From positions 61,908,772 through 61,972,771 of the forward strand of contig NC_068986.1 of NCBI RefSeq assembly GCF_001194135.2: a DNA stretch of 64,000 nt, in the 5' to 3' direction. Position 1 is the stretch's first letter, and the number at the start of each line of letters is the position of its first letter. The position numbers were made by a program, and so were the translations under genes. The notes beneath the pieces were generated by a model. That model ran no database searches. It had not been told where the DNA came from and saw nothing but the letters and a program-made list of their open reading frames with translations. This document shows, in pieces, positions 1 through 12,689 of this stretch. Origin of the DNA: Octopus bimaculoides. Lineage: Eukaryota.

Positions 1-221
1 TGTCTTTTAGTCTGAATGGAAGCAAGGGCCATTGACCATTCACAGCATTGTTCTGCAACCTTTTGTAGCTTAGTATTCCCTTTCACTAAATAGCAATTTA
101 CTAATGTCCAAATTTTGTGCAATGAATTATCCATATTTTCTTTTATTGTCCTGTCTAGTATGCACCTTTTATATATATTTCCATGTACTGATGCTTTCTA
201 TATTAAATTTCATGAATAGAT

Positions 222-610
222 GGATGGGGGCATAACTGTGTAGTTAGAAGTTCACTTCTTAACCACATGGTTTCAGGTTCAGTCCTTCTGTGAGGTACTT
301 TAAGCAAGTGTCTCCAACTGTAGCCCCCCCCCCCCNNNNNNNNNNNNNNNNNNNNNNNNNNNNNNNNNNCCCCCAAGTTGACCAAAGCTTTGTGAACAGA
401 TTTGGTAGTTAGAAATTAAGTGAAGACTATTATGTGCACCTGCATGGGTGTGTTTGTGTCTATGTCTTAACATTTTGCTAGTTGTAATGAATTTCAAGTG
501 GTATCTAATCTTCAGTGCAAACCTGTCTGGCTATGGGGCAGAAATATTAACTTGCTTGGAAGAAAATGAAGATTGATGACACAAAGAGCCTGCAACCATA
601 GAAAACCTGA
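222..610 (+). mobile_element. tRNA-derived SINE (family B), degenerate, with poly-C and gap
   Basis: Shares the gtgtagttagaagttcacttc..aaccacatgg..caggttc head and gaccaaagctttgtga..gatttggtag segment with copies at 39715 and 53958. Confidence 0.55.
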
Positions 611-1373
611 CACAGGGTATTTCGTGTAACCCATAGACTTTGAAATGATTCTGGAATTATTTTTTAATCAGTGTAAATAGGTATGTCACATTAACATACC
701 ATTAGGGCTGTGTATTTGATCTGCATTATACTTGCATACAGAAGCATAATGAAAATGGTAACATAAGGAAAATAGTTAAACTGCTGAAAATCAAAGCTGG
801 GTCTTGAATATGCAAAACAGATCCAATTTTAGTATATCTTCTTCCCATCTTATGAATAAAGGAGGGAAGATATGAAATGTTTAAAAGTATGTTTTTAGTT
901 ACCCTGATTACTCAGGTGTGAAGCAAGTTTTGGACTGCACTGATTAGAGTGTATTTATTTTGATTAATAGGATGGCATTATGCTATTGACTACCACTTTT
1001 TTATGGTTTATTTCCCCATGCATTTAAAACTTATGATACTGTGATGTGTAATATCAGGAAATGTAGCATACATTCAATAATTATAATTTAATTTTTATTT
1101 CATTTTGGGGTACTTATATGAAATGAAATGAAAATTATTTTTCAAAAACTCTGTCATTTACTCCCTCTCCTCATCTGTCTGATTAAGTCAACCAACATTT
1201 ATAATGACTATTATTAAATAGTCTGTTTTAACTACACAACACCATGGAATACTATGTTAAAAATTTATTCCTGCTTTGTGTCTGAAAAAGCTATTTATGT
1301 CATGGCTTCATTTGTTTAAATTTCTTCCTATCTTATTCATTTTCATCACTTTTAATGTCTATGTTGTTTATAG

Positions 1374-1630
1374 TCATCATCATCATCGTTTAACGTCCAT
1401 TTTCCATGCTAGCATGGGTTGGATGATTTGACTGAGGACTGGTGAACCAGATGGCTACACCAGGCTCCAATCTGATTTGGCAGAGTTTCTACAGCTGGAT
1501 GCCCTTCCTAATGCCAACCACTCCGAGAGTGTAGTGGGTGCTTTTACGTGCAACCGGCACGAAGGCCAGTCAGGCGGTACTGGCAACCGCCATGCTCAAA
1601 ATGGTGTATTTTATGTGCCACCTGCACAGG
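1374..1630 (-). mobile_element. 3' tail of the RTE family or derived short element, (GAT)n-tailed
   Basis: catcatcatcgtttaacgtccattttccatgctagc... is the reverse complement of the RTE 3' end; very similar to 37322-37590. Confidence 0.8.
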
Positions 1631-1689
1631 AATATGAATGGTTAATTGAAAACTGGTGCTTTACTGGTTACAATGATAAGGGTTCAGGT

Positions 1690-1945
1690 TGATCCGATCA
1701 ACGAAACAGCCTGCTCATGAAATTAACATGCAAGTGGATGAGCACTCCACAGACATGTGTATCTTTAACGTAGTTCTCTGGGAGATTCAGCGTGACACAG
1801 AATGTGACAAGGCTGGTCCCTTTGAAATACAGGTCCAACTCATTTTTGCCAGTTGAGTGGATTGAAACATGAAGTAAATGTCTTGCTGAAAGCACACACC
1901 GCCCCACCGAGTAATTGAACTCACAACCTCATGATTGAGCCAAAA
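1690..1945 (-). mobile_element. tRNA-derived SINE (family A)
   Basis: Reverse complement carries a gagttcaatt B-box-like head and the ccactcaactggcaaaaatgag...ttgatcggatca body shared with 5500, 26183 and 45152. Confidence 0.7.
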
Positions 1946-2276
1946 ATTTGTCTTTCTAACTAGTTTGTTTTTGGTTGTTTGATATGCAGTGTTTTTGAAA
2001 AAGTGCGCTGGGGTAAAAATATAAATTGCTTGGTTTAATTGTTATATTAAAATTGCAACTGCTATCTTACACAAGATATTAGGAGATAAAATTTTAAATG
2101 TTTTGAGGTATTTGATGCTAAAGTTTAAACAGTTTGCACAAACTACTAGCAGTATTGTACACTTACTACAATTCACTGTTGATGAACTTATCCATTTGTG
2201 TTTGCATGCACAAAGGTCATCAGCTTTCTCCCACCCTGTTCAGTTTTTAACACATTTCCTTGACTGTTACTTTCAG

Positions 2277-2348
2277 TTTGTTAATCATCCACAGATCTCA
2301 GTTATACTTGATGAAGAAGAGGAAGAATGTTTACATTATCTCAATATG
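2277..2348 (+). CDS. SET: SET/TSPY (NAP family) histone chaperone, internal exon (first in window; 5' exons lie upstream)
   Basis: tttcAG|TTT...ATG|GTgagt; 72 nt encoding FVNHPQISVILDEEEEECLHYLNM, matching the SET FVNHPQ..L.EEDEE.LHYL motif. Confidence 0.93.
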
Positions 2349-3329
2349 GTGAGTTGGAATCCAAAGTACCTAAGTGGGCAGTGGAGGGTTGAAGTAATTT
2401 TTCAATTGAATGCAAGTTTATGTTTCATTGTATTATAGGTGAGATGTACATATTTGGAATGATGTAAGAAAAGGTTGTACTAGTGTCTAGGTTAGTTAGA
2501 TAAATACTTTTTTATTGCTAGTAACAATACTTAGCTAATTGTGTGTTTAGTACTTTAGTGTGAGCGTACTTTATCTCTCAGCTTTTCCTTTACCTTTAAG
2601 GTGACCAATGTCTTATGAGTGGAGGTTGGTTGGTGGAAATTGCAGAAATTCATCATGTGTGTGTATCTGAGATAATTGCTGATAACATGGTGCACTGAGC
2701 AAAAATACTTTATATTTATTCTGCCCAGGTTGCATAAATTGGTGTTTTCACTAGTTCAAGTTCCTTAGTATGAAAAACATTGTGTGTGCATTATTGTCTC
2801 CTTCACACGATAGATATGGATGTCACCATCATGCAAGAGGTGTATTTTCTTTGCAATCTTCTAAGAAAACATGCCCAGTCATGGGGAAATGTTGCCTTGC
2901 TTGGAAGCAGGTGAATGTTGGTGATAGAAAGGGCAGTAGACCATAGAAAAATCCGCCTTGACGAGGCTCTGTACACCAATCTTAAGATATTTTGCTAATA
3001 CATAATGCACTTAATAAAGGGAAGCATTTGTGCTAAAAAGAGGTATTAAATGAATAGGTGTAGCAACCAATCTGACATTCTCTATTGCTCACATTAGACA
3101 AATTTAAGCTTTCTTCTAATTTATGTGAGAGATTTTGGTTTCGGACATTGGATGACCTTTCAACAATTATTTATTAGGTCATAAATTGGAATAATAACTA
3201 TTATTGGTATAATACTTTGCTTTTTCTTAAAAAGAAATTTATTGTGTATACCATGTTTTCTCAGTAAATTGGTTCCTGGATTGATTTTAGATGGGTGTCT
3301 GTAATGCATATCATTTTCAATTTCTCTAG

Positions 3330-3447
3330 GTGGAAGTTGAAGAGTTTGAGGATATTAAGTCTGGATATAGAGTCAAATTTCATTTCTCACCAAACCCATA
3401 TTTCTCAAATGACATTTTGTGCAAGGAGTTCCACTTGGCAACGACGG
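3330..3447 (+). CDS. SET: SET/TSPY-family exon
   Basis: ctctAG|GTG...ACG G|GTatgt; 118 nt, [39 protein letters not shown], matching [33 protein letters not shown]; ends phase 1. Confidence 0.95.
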
Positions 3448-4416
3448 GTATGTCAAATATTTCTTCATTGTGTAAGTGTTCTTCCTTCCGAATTAGATTG
3501 TAAATCCCTTTGTTTCATGTTTGTTAACTACCGTACTTGTTTTTTAGTATTCTACATGTGACCTAATTGTGTTTGATTTTCATTGGATTGTCTATATTTT
3601 AAAGAAAGAAAGGAATGCACTGTGGAGAGCTAAAGGAATATGAATTTCATTAGTTGTTTATCCAGTGTTTTGTCACTTGTGGACATGTAGGTGCTGCTGT
3701 TTTCAAAGTTATCTATAATTTGAAATCAGTGCTAATACACTTCTTTGGATTGTGTAGCTGTTAAATACAAAACTACTGTTACTGTTCTTTTATACAATAT
3801 TGTGAGGTTAATGGCTGGGACTAATTTTTTCTTTCCTATTGAATTTTTATGTGTGTGATTGTTAGTCTGGTATGGAGGGAGGGGGCTGCACCCATGTTCT
3901 TTGCAGCACCTCTGAGACTAATTAGATTAACTACGTTAGTGTTCCACATAAACAGCTGCAAGAAAGATGGTGAAGAGGACTTCTAGGGATCAAATGTTCT
4001 GAGTCAAAAGAACTGAATGTATTTCTTTTAAATAGGGACCTAGTTTCGGCAGGTTAAAAATTTAACATCCTACTATGCATCTTGATCCTGTGTTCTGGAT
4101 GTTTGGTTTTTCTCTTAAGACTGGCAGTTCCTTTTGGATGTGATAATGTCAAGTTTATGAGAGATGAGTTTTCTATGGATGTAATTCCCGTCCATTGCAA
4201 AATATTCCAAGAGCATATGATTCCTTTTCCCCACAGTTAGGTGAGGTAAGGTTCTTAACTTGCCAAGGCACACCATAATACTATGGAGCTGTCAATTCTT
4301 TCATATAGCTGTTAAAGAGTACACCTGGTAATACTGCTTACTGTGTTGACATTGATTCTTACTTGATAAATTGGGGCTGTTTATTCATTTGATATTATGT
4401 TATCTCCACTTTTTAG

Positions 4417-4592
4417 GGGACCCTGCTTCAAAGTCAACATCTATCAACTGGCAGGATGGTATGGATCTGACAAAAAAGGTGCAGCGAGAACAGATTGTGA
4501 TTGCTGATAGAAAGAGAAAGCATCAACCTAACCGGACTTTTTTCACCTGGTTTTTAGACAATAAGGATCCATCAGCAGATGATATAGCTGAG
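4417..4592 (+). CDS. SET: SET/TSPY-family exon
   Basis: ttttAG|GG GAC...GAG|GTaaga; 176 nt, (G)DPASKSTSINWQDGMDLTKK...RKRKH...TFFTWFLDNKDPSADDIAE; phase-compatible with both neighbours. Confidence 0.95.
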
Positions 4593-5263
4593 GTAAGATT
4601 TTGGTCTTAGAATCTTCAGTTTGAGATTTAAATAGAAATAGTTTTGATGTATGGTTAATTGAGGCTAACCAGCCAAATAAGTTTCCATTGCTAATGAAAG
4701 AGGTAAAATTTCTTTTAGCTATTAAAGAAAAGGTAGAAAAGGGGCCACTTTTGTAAACCAGACTTCATGCTTAATGAGATGTATTTACTTAACGTGTTCC
4801 AGCCTAGGCTGCGGCTCTGTTGAGGAACTGCTGTACCTTTTTTGTTGAATCTGAGAAAAGAAAGAAGTGATAAATTATCCATTCTGACACTCTACTTCTC
4901 TAAATATTTTCTGGACTGTACATCAGCATTCGACTTGCCTTTTGCAAGAAAGGCTTTGCCATGATTCCATTTAATGTGCCTTCTGTGAAAGCCACCTATT
5001 TTGTTGAGCATGGTTTTATTACTTCCTTTTATCCCCTTTACACTCAAAAGAAATGCTTTGTTGGTGTGACATTCATTGTTTGATGTTTGCATAATTTAGC
5101 TGGCAGCTTTAGAAAAGAATTTTTCTTTAGGTAAATTGAGACCAAATATCAAGCTAAATTTCCATTTGAAATTAGGTCCTTGACTTTGGAGAAAGTATAT
5201 CTGTTCATAGAGTAAATATTTTGGGAAAGCATTTCCATTTATCTACTTTTGTTAACTTTTCAG

Positions 5264-5343
5264 GTAATCAAGGATGATATGTGGCCCAATCCATTACAAT
5301 ATTTCTTGGCTCCTGACATTGAAGTAGAAGAAAATGGCGTCAG
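5264..5343 (+). CDS. SET: SET/TSPY-family exon (end of NAP domain)
   Basis: ttcAG|GTA ATC...GTC AG|GTatat; 80 nt, [26 protein letters not shown], matching SET VIKDDIWPNPLQYYL; ends phase 2. Confidence 0.95.
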
Positions 5344-5499
5344 GTATATATGTATTCATTTGTTGTCTTTTTTTACACTATTTGCAATAATTGTATTCAG
5401 TCTTCATTTAATTTCCCATTTTCTATATAAAGGTGGTAAATTGGGTTTCCATTTAAACATTTGATCAATCCAACTATAGTTGCCCACATTAACTTTTTA

Positions 5500-5810
5500 T
5501 CCAGGTTAATCAAATGATTTGGGTATTCAGTCCATGATTGTAAGGTCGTAAGTTTGATTCTTAGTAGCACGTTATGTCCTTGAGGAAGATAGTTTATTTC
5601 ATGTTGCTCCAGCTGGCAAAAATGAATTGTACCTGTATTTCGAAGGTCCAACCTTGTCACATTCTATGTGTCCTGCTGAATCTCCCTAAGTACTATGTTA
5701 AGGGTACACATGTTTGTGAAATGCTCGGCTACTTGCACATTAATTTCACAAGCAGACTGTTCTGTTGATCGGATCAGCTGGAATCCTCATCATTGTAACC
5801 AATGAAATGG
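5500..5810 (+). mobile_element. tRNA-derived SINE (family A) in SET intron
   Basis: Same body (gctggcaaaaatga..cctgtatttc..ttgatcggatcagctgg) as the 1690 and 45152 copies. Confidence 0.7.
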
Positions 5811-7829
5811 CAGTTTTTAATGAAAACTTATCCAAAACAATGAAATTTTGTAAGCCCTCTTTTAGTTTATATATCATGGCTTCCATATTATTGAGTATCA
5901 ATTTGATTATATCATCAAATGACAGAAATCAGAACTTAGAACAGTCCATTTCAGAGATTTGATTGCATGAGTTTTTAGGGTTTGTCAGAGGTCACATCTT
6001 ACATTGGTGACATTAAACTGAGGCAGGGACTACCAAGTGAATGGGTTGGTGATGTTGCAGGTAGAGCTGATACTGGTGTGTAAAAGTCCACCTGTATATT
6101 AAAATAAATAAATAAATGAATCCAATGTGTGCTGCATTGCAATTGGTGAAAATAAAGTTCATAAAGGCTGGTTTAAAACACATAATTTATTCAAACTGTA
6201 ATAAGTACTGGTACGATGTCATGAGAATTTGTTTTTCTGTGTGTGTATGTAAAACCATTAAATAGTGCAGCGAGACAGGAAGAAATTGCATGACTTACTA
6301 TATATTTTAGTTTATATAAAGCAGAGTGGAAACTGATATTCATAAATTGAGTCGCGTGGGAAGGTGATGTACACTGAAATAGTAGCATGTCGAAGGAGGC
6401 GATGTTGTCACTAGGGCTGTCAATGCTGTAACTCTATGCTATTCAAAAAAGGTGCACAATACTGCTAGGTGGAAGTTGCTACTGGTATCCTTCTGCAGCC
6501 AGCTCTAATTGATTGAGGTGGGCATAGCACAACTGTGCTATGCCACAACAACAAAATAGATCTTTTCTGTCTCACTACACTACCCCTCTGCAAACTGCAA
6601 GTCGATAGAAGTATGCAGGAGGAATGAAAAATGCAAAGCAATGGAAGAAAAATTACAAAGCAAAATATACATTTCAAGACAGCAAAATGAAAACAGTGTT
6701 CAGAATTGTGAAAGTATGTGTTGTAGATGAATGTGATGAAGGCTGAGAAAAATTGTGCATATCAAGAGAATGTATAAGGGACAGGTATCTATTTGGGTAG
6801 TTCAAAAATTAGTGTGAGTGAGCATGTGGAATATGCCAGTCATAGTGTGACTGAGGCAGTGTGCATGAGTGCGTGCATTCTCAGTCCATAACGTCAGTGA
6901 AAATTTTCTTGCAGAATGCATTTGGTATGAAATGCCTTCAAAGATGAGCAGAAGCACATGTGTGTCATGCTGGCGCATTGCAAGAGACAAGCAACTCTCT
7001 CTATTAAGTACGTGACCAACCAGGGGTCTAATAGAAACAAGTTGTGTCTTACAAGGGCACAGAGAACATGAGATAGCAACTAATGAAAGCAGATCTTGTG
7101 CATGTGTGTAACTGGGTGTAGGCATGTGTGTATGAACATTGAAAAATGAAACGAGCAAGAATGACAAATGTGGCTAGAAAGTGTCTTGGTTTTGAAAAGC
7201 AAAAGGGATAACTGAAATGTAAGGAAAAGTTACAGTCTATATACAAGAGTTCAAAGGAGGCAAGATGCCTGAAAGCATTGATAAAACAGTTGAAACACGG
7301 CAACAATTGCTATGCCTAATGCAATACCACAAGCCAAAACTTTGCATCAGAGACACAGGGGGCAACAAAGGATGCTGTAAGGTGGTTACTTCTCGGAGTC
7401 ATAAAACTAAACAGTCAATCAGGTGCGAAGAGCTGGAATCAGCTTCAGGAAGTGGGGCTGGAGAATTTCAGTGAGTTGGGGCAAAAGTCCAGGGCAGTGA
7501 AGGCTGAAACATTGATAAAACCTGATTAAGCCAAGAAAATGGCACAGCCATCAAAAACAAGTCAAAGGAAGCAGGTCCTCAATGGTTCCAGCATTGGTAA
7601 AAATCAAAGGTCATCTTCAATGCTGTGTCCAAAAGTCAAATTGAAGCGAGGCTGCACATAATGACAAGTGGGAAAGGTGGGTAGCAAAATTCACATTTAT
7701 GGTTCAGACAAAGCAGGATGCCATAAATGTAGTTTAACGTGTTCATTTCTTGTGCATAATTTTTTATTTGAGGAATATTTCATAAAGAAATATTCCAACT
7801 TTAGGTTCATAAATTTTTGATGGTAAATG

Positions 7830-10268
7830 GTTTTTTTGCAATATTGAGGATAACTGGAAGTTCCTACAAGACAACTTGCTAAGAGCCACAGACCAAATTT
7901 GTGGTTAGTGCAGGGCCCCAACCAAGCCTAGGGTGATGTGGTGAAACAGTGCAGTTGACGGGGCCATTAGGGCAAAGAAATCGGCTTGGAAGGATTTGAA
8001 GGGTGGTGGTAGCAAGGAGATACATCAAGCAGCTAGAAGGGAATCTAGGAAGCGGGTAGACTAAGCCAGGGGTGCAGCAGAAAGGCAAAGCTTGCCAATG
8101 TTATGCAGCGTGAGACAGTGTGCCAGGGAAAATTGTGGTATTGTTGGAGAGAAGTGTATTGGCATGGATAATGGTGAAGACATGGGAGAAAGAGAGTCTG
8201 CCTACTGTGGATCCAACAGATGGACAAGCAATCTGAATAGACAGTAGCATGATAGGTAAAGCAATGAAGGATATGAAGACCAGGAAAGTCCCTAGCCCCT
8301 CATGTATCAGCACTAAGATGCTTAAAATAACGGATGGTATGGGTTATGGCCTAATCACCTGTATAGTTAACCAGGTTGTACATGAGGGAGTTATACCCAA
8401 TGACTGGTGTAGCAGCATCATAGTCAACTGCTACAAAGGTAATAGTGACGCCTTAGACAAAAATAATTGCAGAGATATCAAATTATTGGATCAGGCGATG
8501 AAAGTTACTGAGAGTCTTAGCCCGACTAATTAGGAAGAGTTAGTCTAGATGAAATGTAGTTTGGTTTTGTGCCAGGGAGAAACACCACTGATGCTATATT
8601 TCTGGTAAGGCAACTGCAGAGGTACCTAGCCAAAGATAAACCTCTGTACTTGGCTTTTAAGGTTCCCCGATCCCTTACCTGGTGGTCGATGCAGAACCTA
8701 ACAATAGACAAGTGGCTGGTGAAAGTTGTATGAGCCTTTTCCAGAAAAGTTAAGATTTGACTGCTATTTATAGCATTCCCTGTTACCACGTAACAGCTAT
8801 TTGCATTCATATCAAAATATTTACCAACTCTTTTCCTTCCATTTATTTTTTCCACTTTATGGAAGTCAATATTTTCTCTGTTGACATCCACCTCAGTTTT
8901 TTTTTTACTATTCTCCCAGTTCTGTGCTTTCTGGAAGAGAAACCCTCACATTATCTCAAAGCTACGAGAGTTCACTGACGTGATTTGTTTATTTTACAGA
9001 GATGTATGAGCCATGTACAGGGATGCTACCAGTAAGGTGAAGGTTGGCAATGAGTATAGATCGCTATACTCATTGTACAAGTAGGGGTTTAGCAAGGATC
9101 AGTTCTCAGCTCCTTCTTGTTCATCATAACCCTCCAGGCAATAACAAAGGAATTTAAAATGGGCTGCTCCTCTATGTGAATGACCATGTTCTCCTAGCCA
9201 AATCACTTCAAGAACTAGAGAAATTTCAGGTGTGGAAGCACGGTCTAGAATCGAAAGGTCTTGTTAATCTAGCAAAAACCAAAGTCTTAGTAAGTAGGAG
9301 AGCAGAAAAACTACAAACCCCTTCGGGTAGATANNNNNNNNNNNNNNNNNNNNNNNNNNNNNNNNNNNNNNNNNNNNNNNNNNNNNNNNNNNNNNNNNNN
9401 NNNNNNNNNNNNNNNNNNNNNNNNNNNNNNNNNNNNNNNNNNNNNNNNNNNNNNNNNNNNNNNNNNNNNNNNNNNNNGGAAGGTGCACAGGTATGATTAA
9501 CACTAAAAATCTGCAGAAAATACATTCCATCAAATGCCAGGGGAAAAACTATAAGTAGTTGATACTCCAAGAGCATATCTGCTAGAATAATAATAGGCTG
9601 GGCAAAGTTCAGAGAGCTCCTATCTCTGTTGGTAATAAACGGCCTCTCTCTCAGAGTGAAAGGCATATTGTATGATGCTTGTGTGTGAACAGCCATGAAA
9701 TGAAGCTAGTATGTTTCGCTGGAAGCGTAATGTCTGTGTATGCATGGCAAAGTGTAAGCCAATTGAGAGAAAAGTTGGGCATAAGAAGCATCAGATGTAG
9801 TGTGCAAGCGAGACTGCTGGTATGGTCATGTGATGCATACAGACAAGGACAGATGTGTAAAGAAGTTCCAAACTCTAACGGCGGAGGGAACTTGTGACTT
9901 CTGGAAGAGGTAGCCACATGGAGGCAATGACAAGTGACTGAAACCTTTGGTAATATGCCGTGCTTGAGAAGACCTGTCAAACAAAGTGAAATTGTAGTTG
10001 TGGCTGATGCAACTAGCACATAAAGAGCACCATTCAAGTGTTGGTCCTCACAGAGACAGTGACCTACCATGCTTGAGAAGACGTGTCAAGGCAAGTGAGA
10101 TATAGTCGTGGCACGTAAAAAGCATCTCTTGAAGTGGTTGGCATTAGGAAAGGCTTCCGGCTATAGAAACTATGCCAAGTCAGATTGGAACCTGATTCAG
10201 CTTACCACTTTCCAGTCAAACTATCCAACCCATACCAAGCATGGAAAACGGACGTTAAATGATGATGA
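7830..10268 (+). mobile_element. Degenerate RTE LINE (PHD-containing family), 5'-truncated, in SET intron
   Basis: Linker (DNWKFLQDNLLRATDQICG), RT pieces (IPNDWCSSIIVNCYKG, IKLLDQAMKV, LVNLAKTKV), 3' UTR ending ttaaatgatgatgat; contains a 266-bp insertion. Confidence 0.9.
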
Positions 10269-10707
10269 TTTGGGTTAATGTAAATTCATTCTCGTCATTC
10301 ATAAAAGAGATAATATATTCTTTAATACCTTGAGTTTGCAAAACTTAAGCATGTTGACTTACTATGGGAACTATCTAATATATGTGAATGTCTTTTATTG
10401 CAGAATGATGGACTGCTTAAAACACCAGTTCCAACAATTATTGGTGTTTGTTGTCATTGATAATGTTTTGATTACTCCGTTGTGATATGAAGCAACAACA
10501 ATCTTATTAGGCTGGTTTGAAATCTAATTTTACCATCCAATGGAAAACAATTTAGGGTTAAGTGTGAAACCTATTCTTCACTAACTGATGTTAAATGATG
10601 ATGATGATGACGACGACGACTATTATTATTAAGTTACAATGTAATATGTGCTTTTATGAGCATGTAGATTAATGTTTTATTGCAATACTATTTGTTTTTC
10701 TAACTAG

Positions 10708-10787
10708 TGATGAAGATGATGATGATGATGAACTAGATGAATCTGTTGTCGTTGTGAATGAAGATGATGATGATGATGAAGAAGAAG
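10708..10787 (+). CDS. SET: SET-family acidic tail exon
   Basis: actAG|T GAT...GAA G|GTgagc; 80 nt, (S)DEDDDDDELDESVVVVNEDDDDDEEE; phase 2 in, phase 1 out, fits neighbours. Confidence 0.85.
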
Positions 10788-11376
10788 GTGAGCTGTTGTT
10801 TTTTCCTTTTGATACCAAACTAAAAATTATAAGTATCCAGTTTTTGTTAAGCATTTTTTGTCTTTTATGTTCAAGGTTAGTGTGATCGTTTCACATCAAT
10901 TATTATACTGATATTCTTGATACTTGCAGGAATTAGCATTTCATAAGTGTCTTTAGTTGTCATTTTGAGAAGTAGGGCTCTCACCAGCTAACTTATGGAG
11001 CACCATTTCAATTAGTAAATTCACTGTATTTGTTTTTTCAGATTTTAAATTTCATGTGTTTTAGCTTTAATTTTTACTTGTTCGTCAATTTTTAGATTTT
11101 AGCCTTTTTTATGTAGATGTTTCCCGATATACTTAGGCAGTGAATGTGAATGGTGTACTTCAAGGAGTAAGATGTTGCTGTGTGGTCTCAGTCCTTGGAG
11201 CAATTTTATTTGCTTTAACCATAATTCTCTTGAAGTAGTTGTGAGAATCTATTCATCATTTAGGTAATAGACTGCTACATTGAAATACTTGGTTTCACTA
11301 TCCTGTATCTATTGAAAGAAATAGTTTGTTTTTCTTTTTATTGAACATGTATAATGATGCTTTTTTTTTTTTTAAG

Positions 11377-11442
11377 ATGAGGAGATCTATGAAGTAGATG
11401 AGGATGATGATGAAGTTGAGGAAGTTGGTGAAGCTCTTGAAG
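11377..11442 (+). CDS. SET: SET-family acidic tail exon
   Basis: poly-T taAG|AT GAG...GAA G|GTaata; 66 nt, (D)EEIYEVDEDDDEVEEVGEALE; phase 1/1. Confidence 0.85.
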
Positions 11443-11589
11443 GTAATAAAATTAAATTTGGTTTAATTAAGTCTATATTGTTTATGATGTAATGTACATT
11501 TGTCTTTTCATGATGTAGGCATAGGGTTATGTGAATTGTATGTATTCTTGTTTGTATTTTTGTGAACATATATTTGTTTATTTCTGCCT

Positions 11590-12200
11590 TTGGATGCATG
11601 CCATGTTGTTTTGTGCTAGGTCTTGTATGGGAACAATGTTGGCCGGGGTCAGCTTGTGCTTGCTAGCAAATTCTTGGAGTTGCAGTCCACAGTCGTTGGT
11701 TTTTCCAGTTCCAAATTGTCCCACTGTCCAAGCCAACTGGTCATGTGCATCCTGGCTTAGTTTGGTGTTCCAATCTCCTAAGACAGGGAGTGAGGACTTT
11801 TTTTTTTTTTTTTTTTTAAGGACCATCCTGGTGATTTTCTCCAGGTCCTCATAGAATTATTCAGTGGTATCATCATCATATTCAAGTGTTGGTGCATAGA
11901 CTTGTATTATGGTAATGTTTTGTGGTTTTGCTGCCACATGTATAGTGATGAGCCTGCTGGATACTGATATGCAGTTGATGACTGAAACTACTTTGGCTTT
12001 GTGAATGATGAAGCCTACTCCATTTTCATGGAAGCAGACAGAAAAAAATCTTCATTTGACAACAAAAAGTACTGGGCAGGTCACTATGCAGCAAACCTGC
12101 TACACATGACAGTAGCAACATCTGACTATGAAAGTGTCTAGAGTGGCACCCCAATAACTGGCTGCATCAGTTAAGGGATCTTGATGATGTTTGTGTAATT
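11590..12200 (-). mobile_element. RTE APE-endonuclease fragment in SET intron
   Basis: Minus-strand frames read HENGVGFII...TIIQVYAPT...FYEDL and GDWN...TVGQFGTGKTNDCG..LQEFA, the APE motifs of RTE elements. Confidence 0.8.
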
Positions 12201-12603
12201 TGCACCCCCTTCTCAATTCAATTTAACCATGTATTTTTATGACTTGACTAAATGTGACAGAATTAATGTTTCACTGTTTTAAGTAAAGTAATTAGATTTC
12301 AAGATGTGCTTCACAGAATCAATTTCAGTGGTAATGGGCCTTAGTATATTTGTATCATAGGGTCATCTAACCTATGATACAGATAAATAGACATTAAAAG
12401 GTTGATGTTAGGGTTGTTTTCATTGCTACTGCTGGAGCCTTTTTAAACAACTTTGAAGATATGGCTTAAAGGTTTTGAAGCTGTTGTATCACTGGTTGTG
12501 ACTATTTTCAGAATTTCTTCTCTGTTTATATTTGTTTGAAACATTAACGAAGAAAAAGTATCTTCATCTGCAGGTTTTTTATGATATCTTATCTTTTTTG
12601 CAG

Positions 12604-12689
12604 GTGAAGATGTGGAAGTTTTAGATGGTGATGATGAAGATGAGGATGATGATAAGGCTCATGAAGCAAAAAAAGAATCAAAAGAATGA
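12604..12689 (+). CDS. SET: SET-family terminal coding exon
   Basis: tttttgcAG|GT GAA...GAA TGA; (G)EDVEVLDGDDEDEDDDKAHEAKKESKE*; the seven exons total 678 nt = 226 codons. Confidence 0.87.

Noticed and set aside
10392-10480. Possible cassette or poison exon in the SET intron after ttttattgcag
   Set aside because: No convincing donor and no similarity to the protein family; cannot be supported without RNA data.
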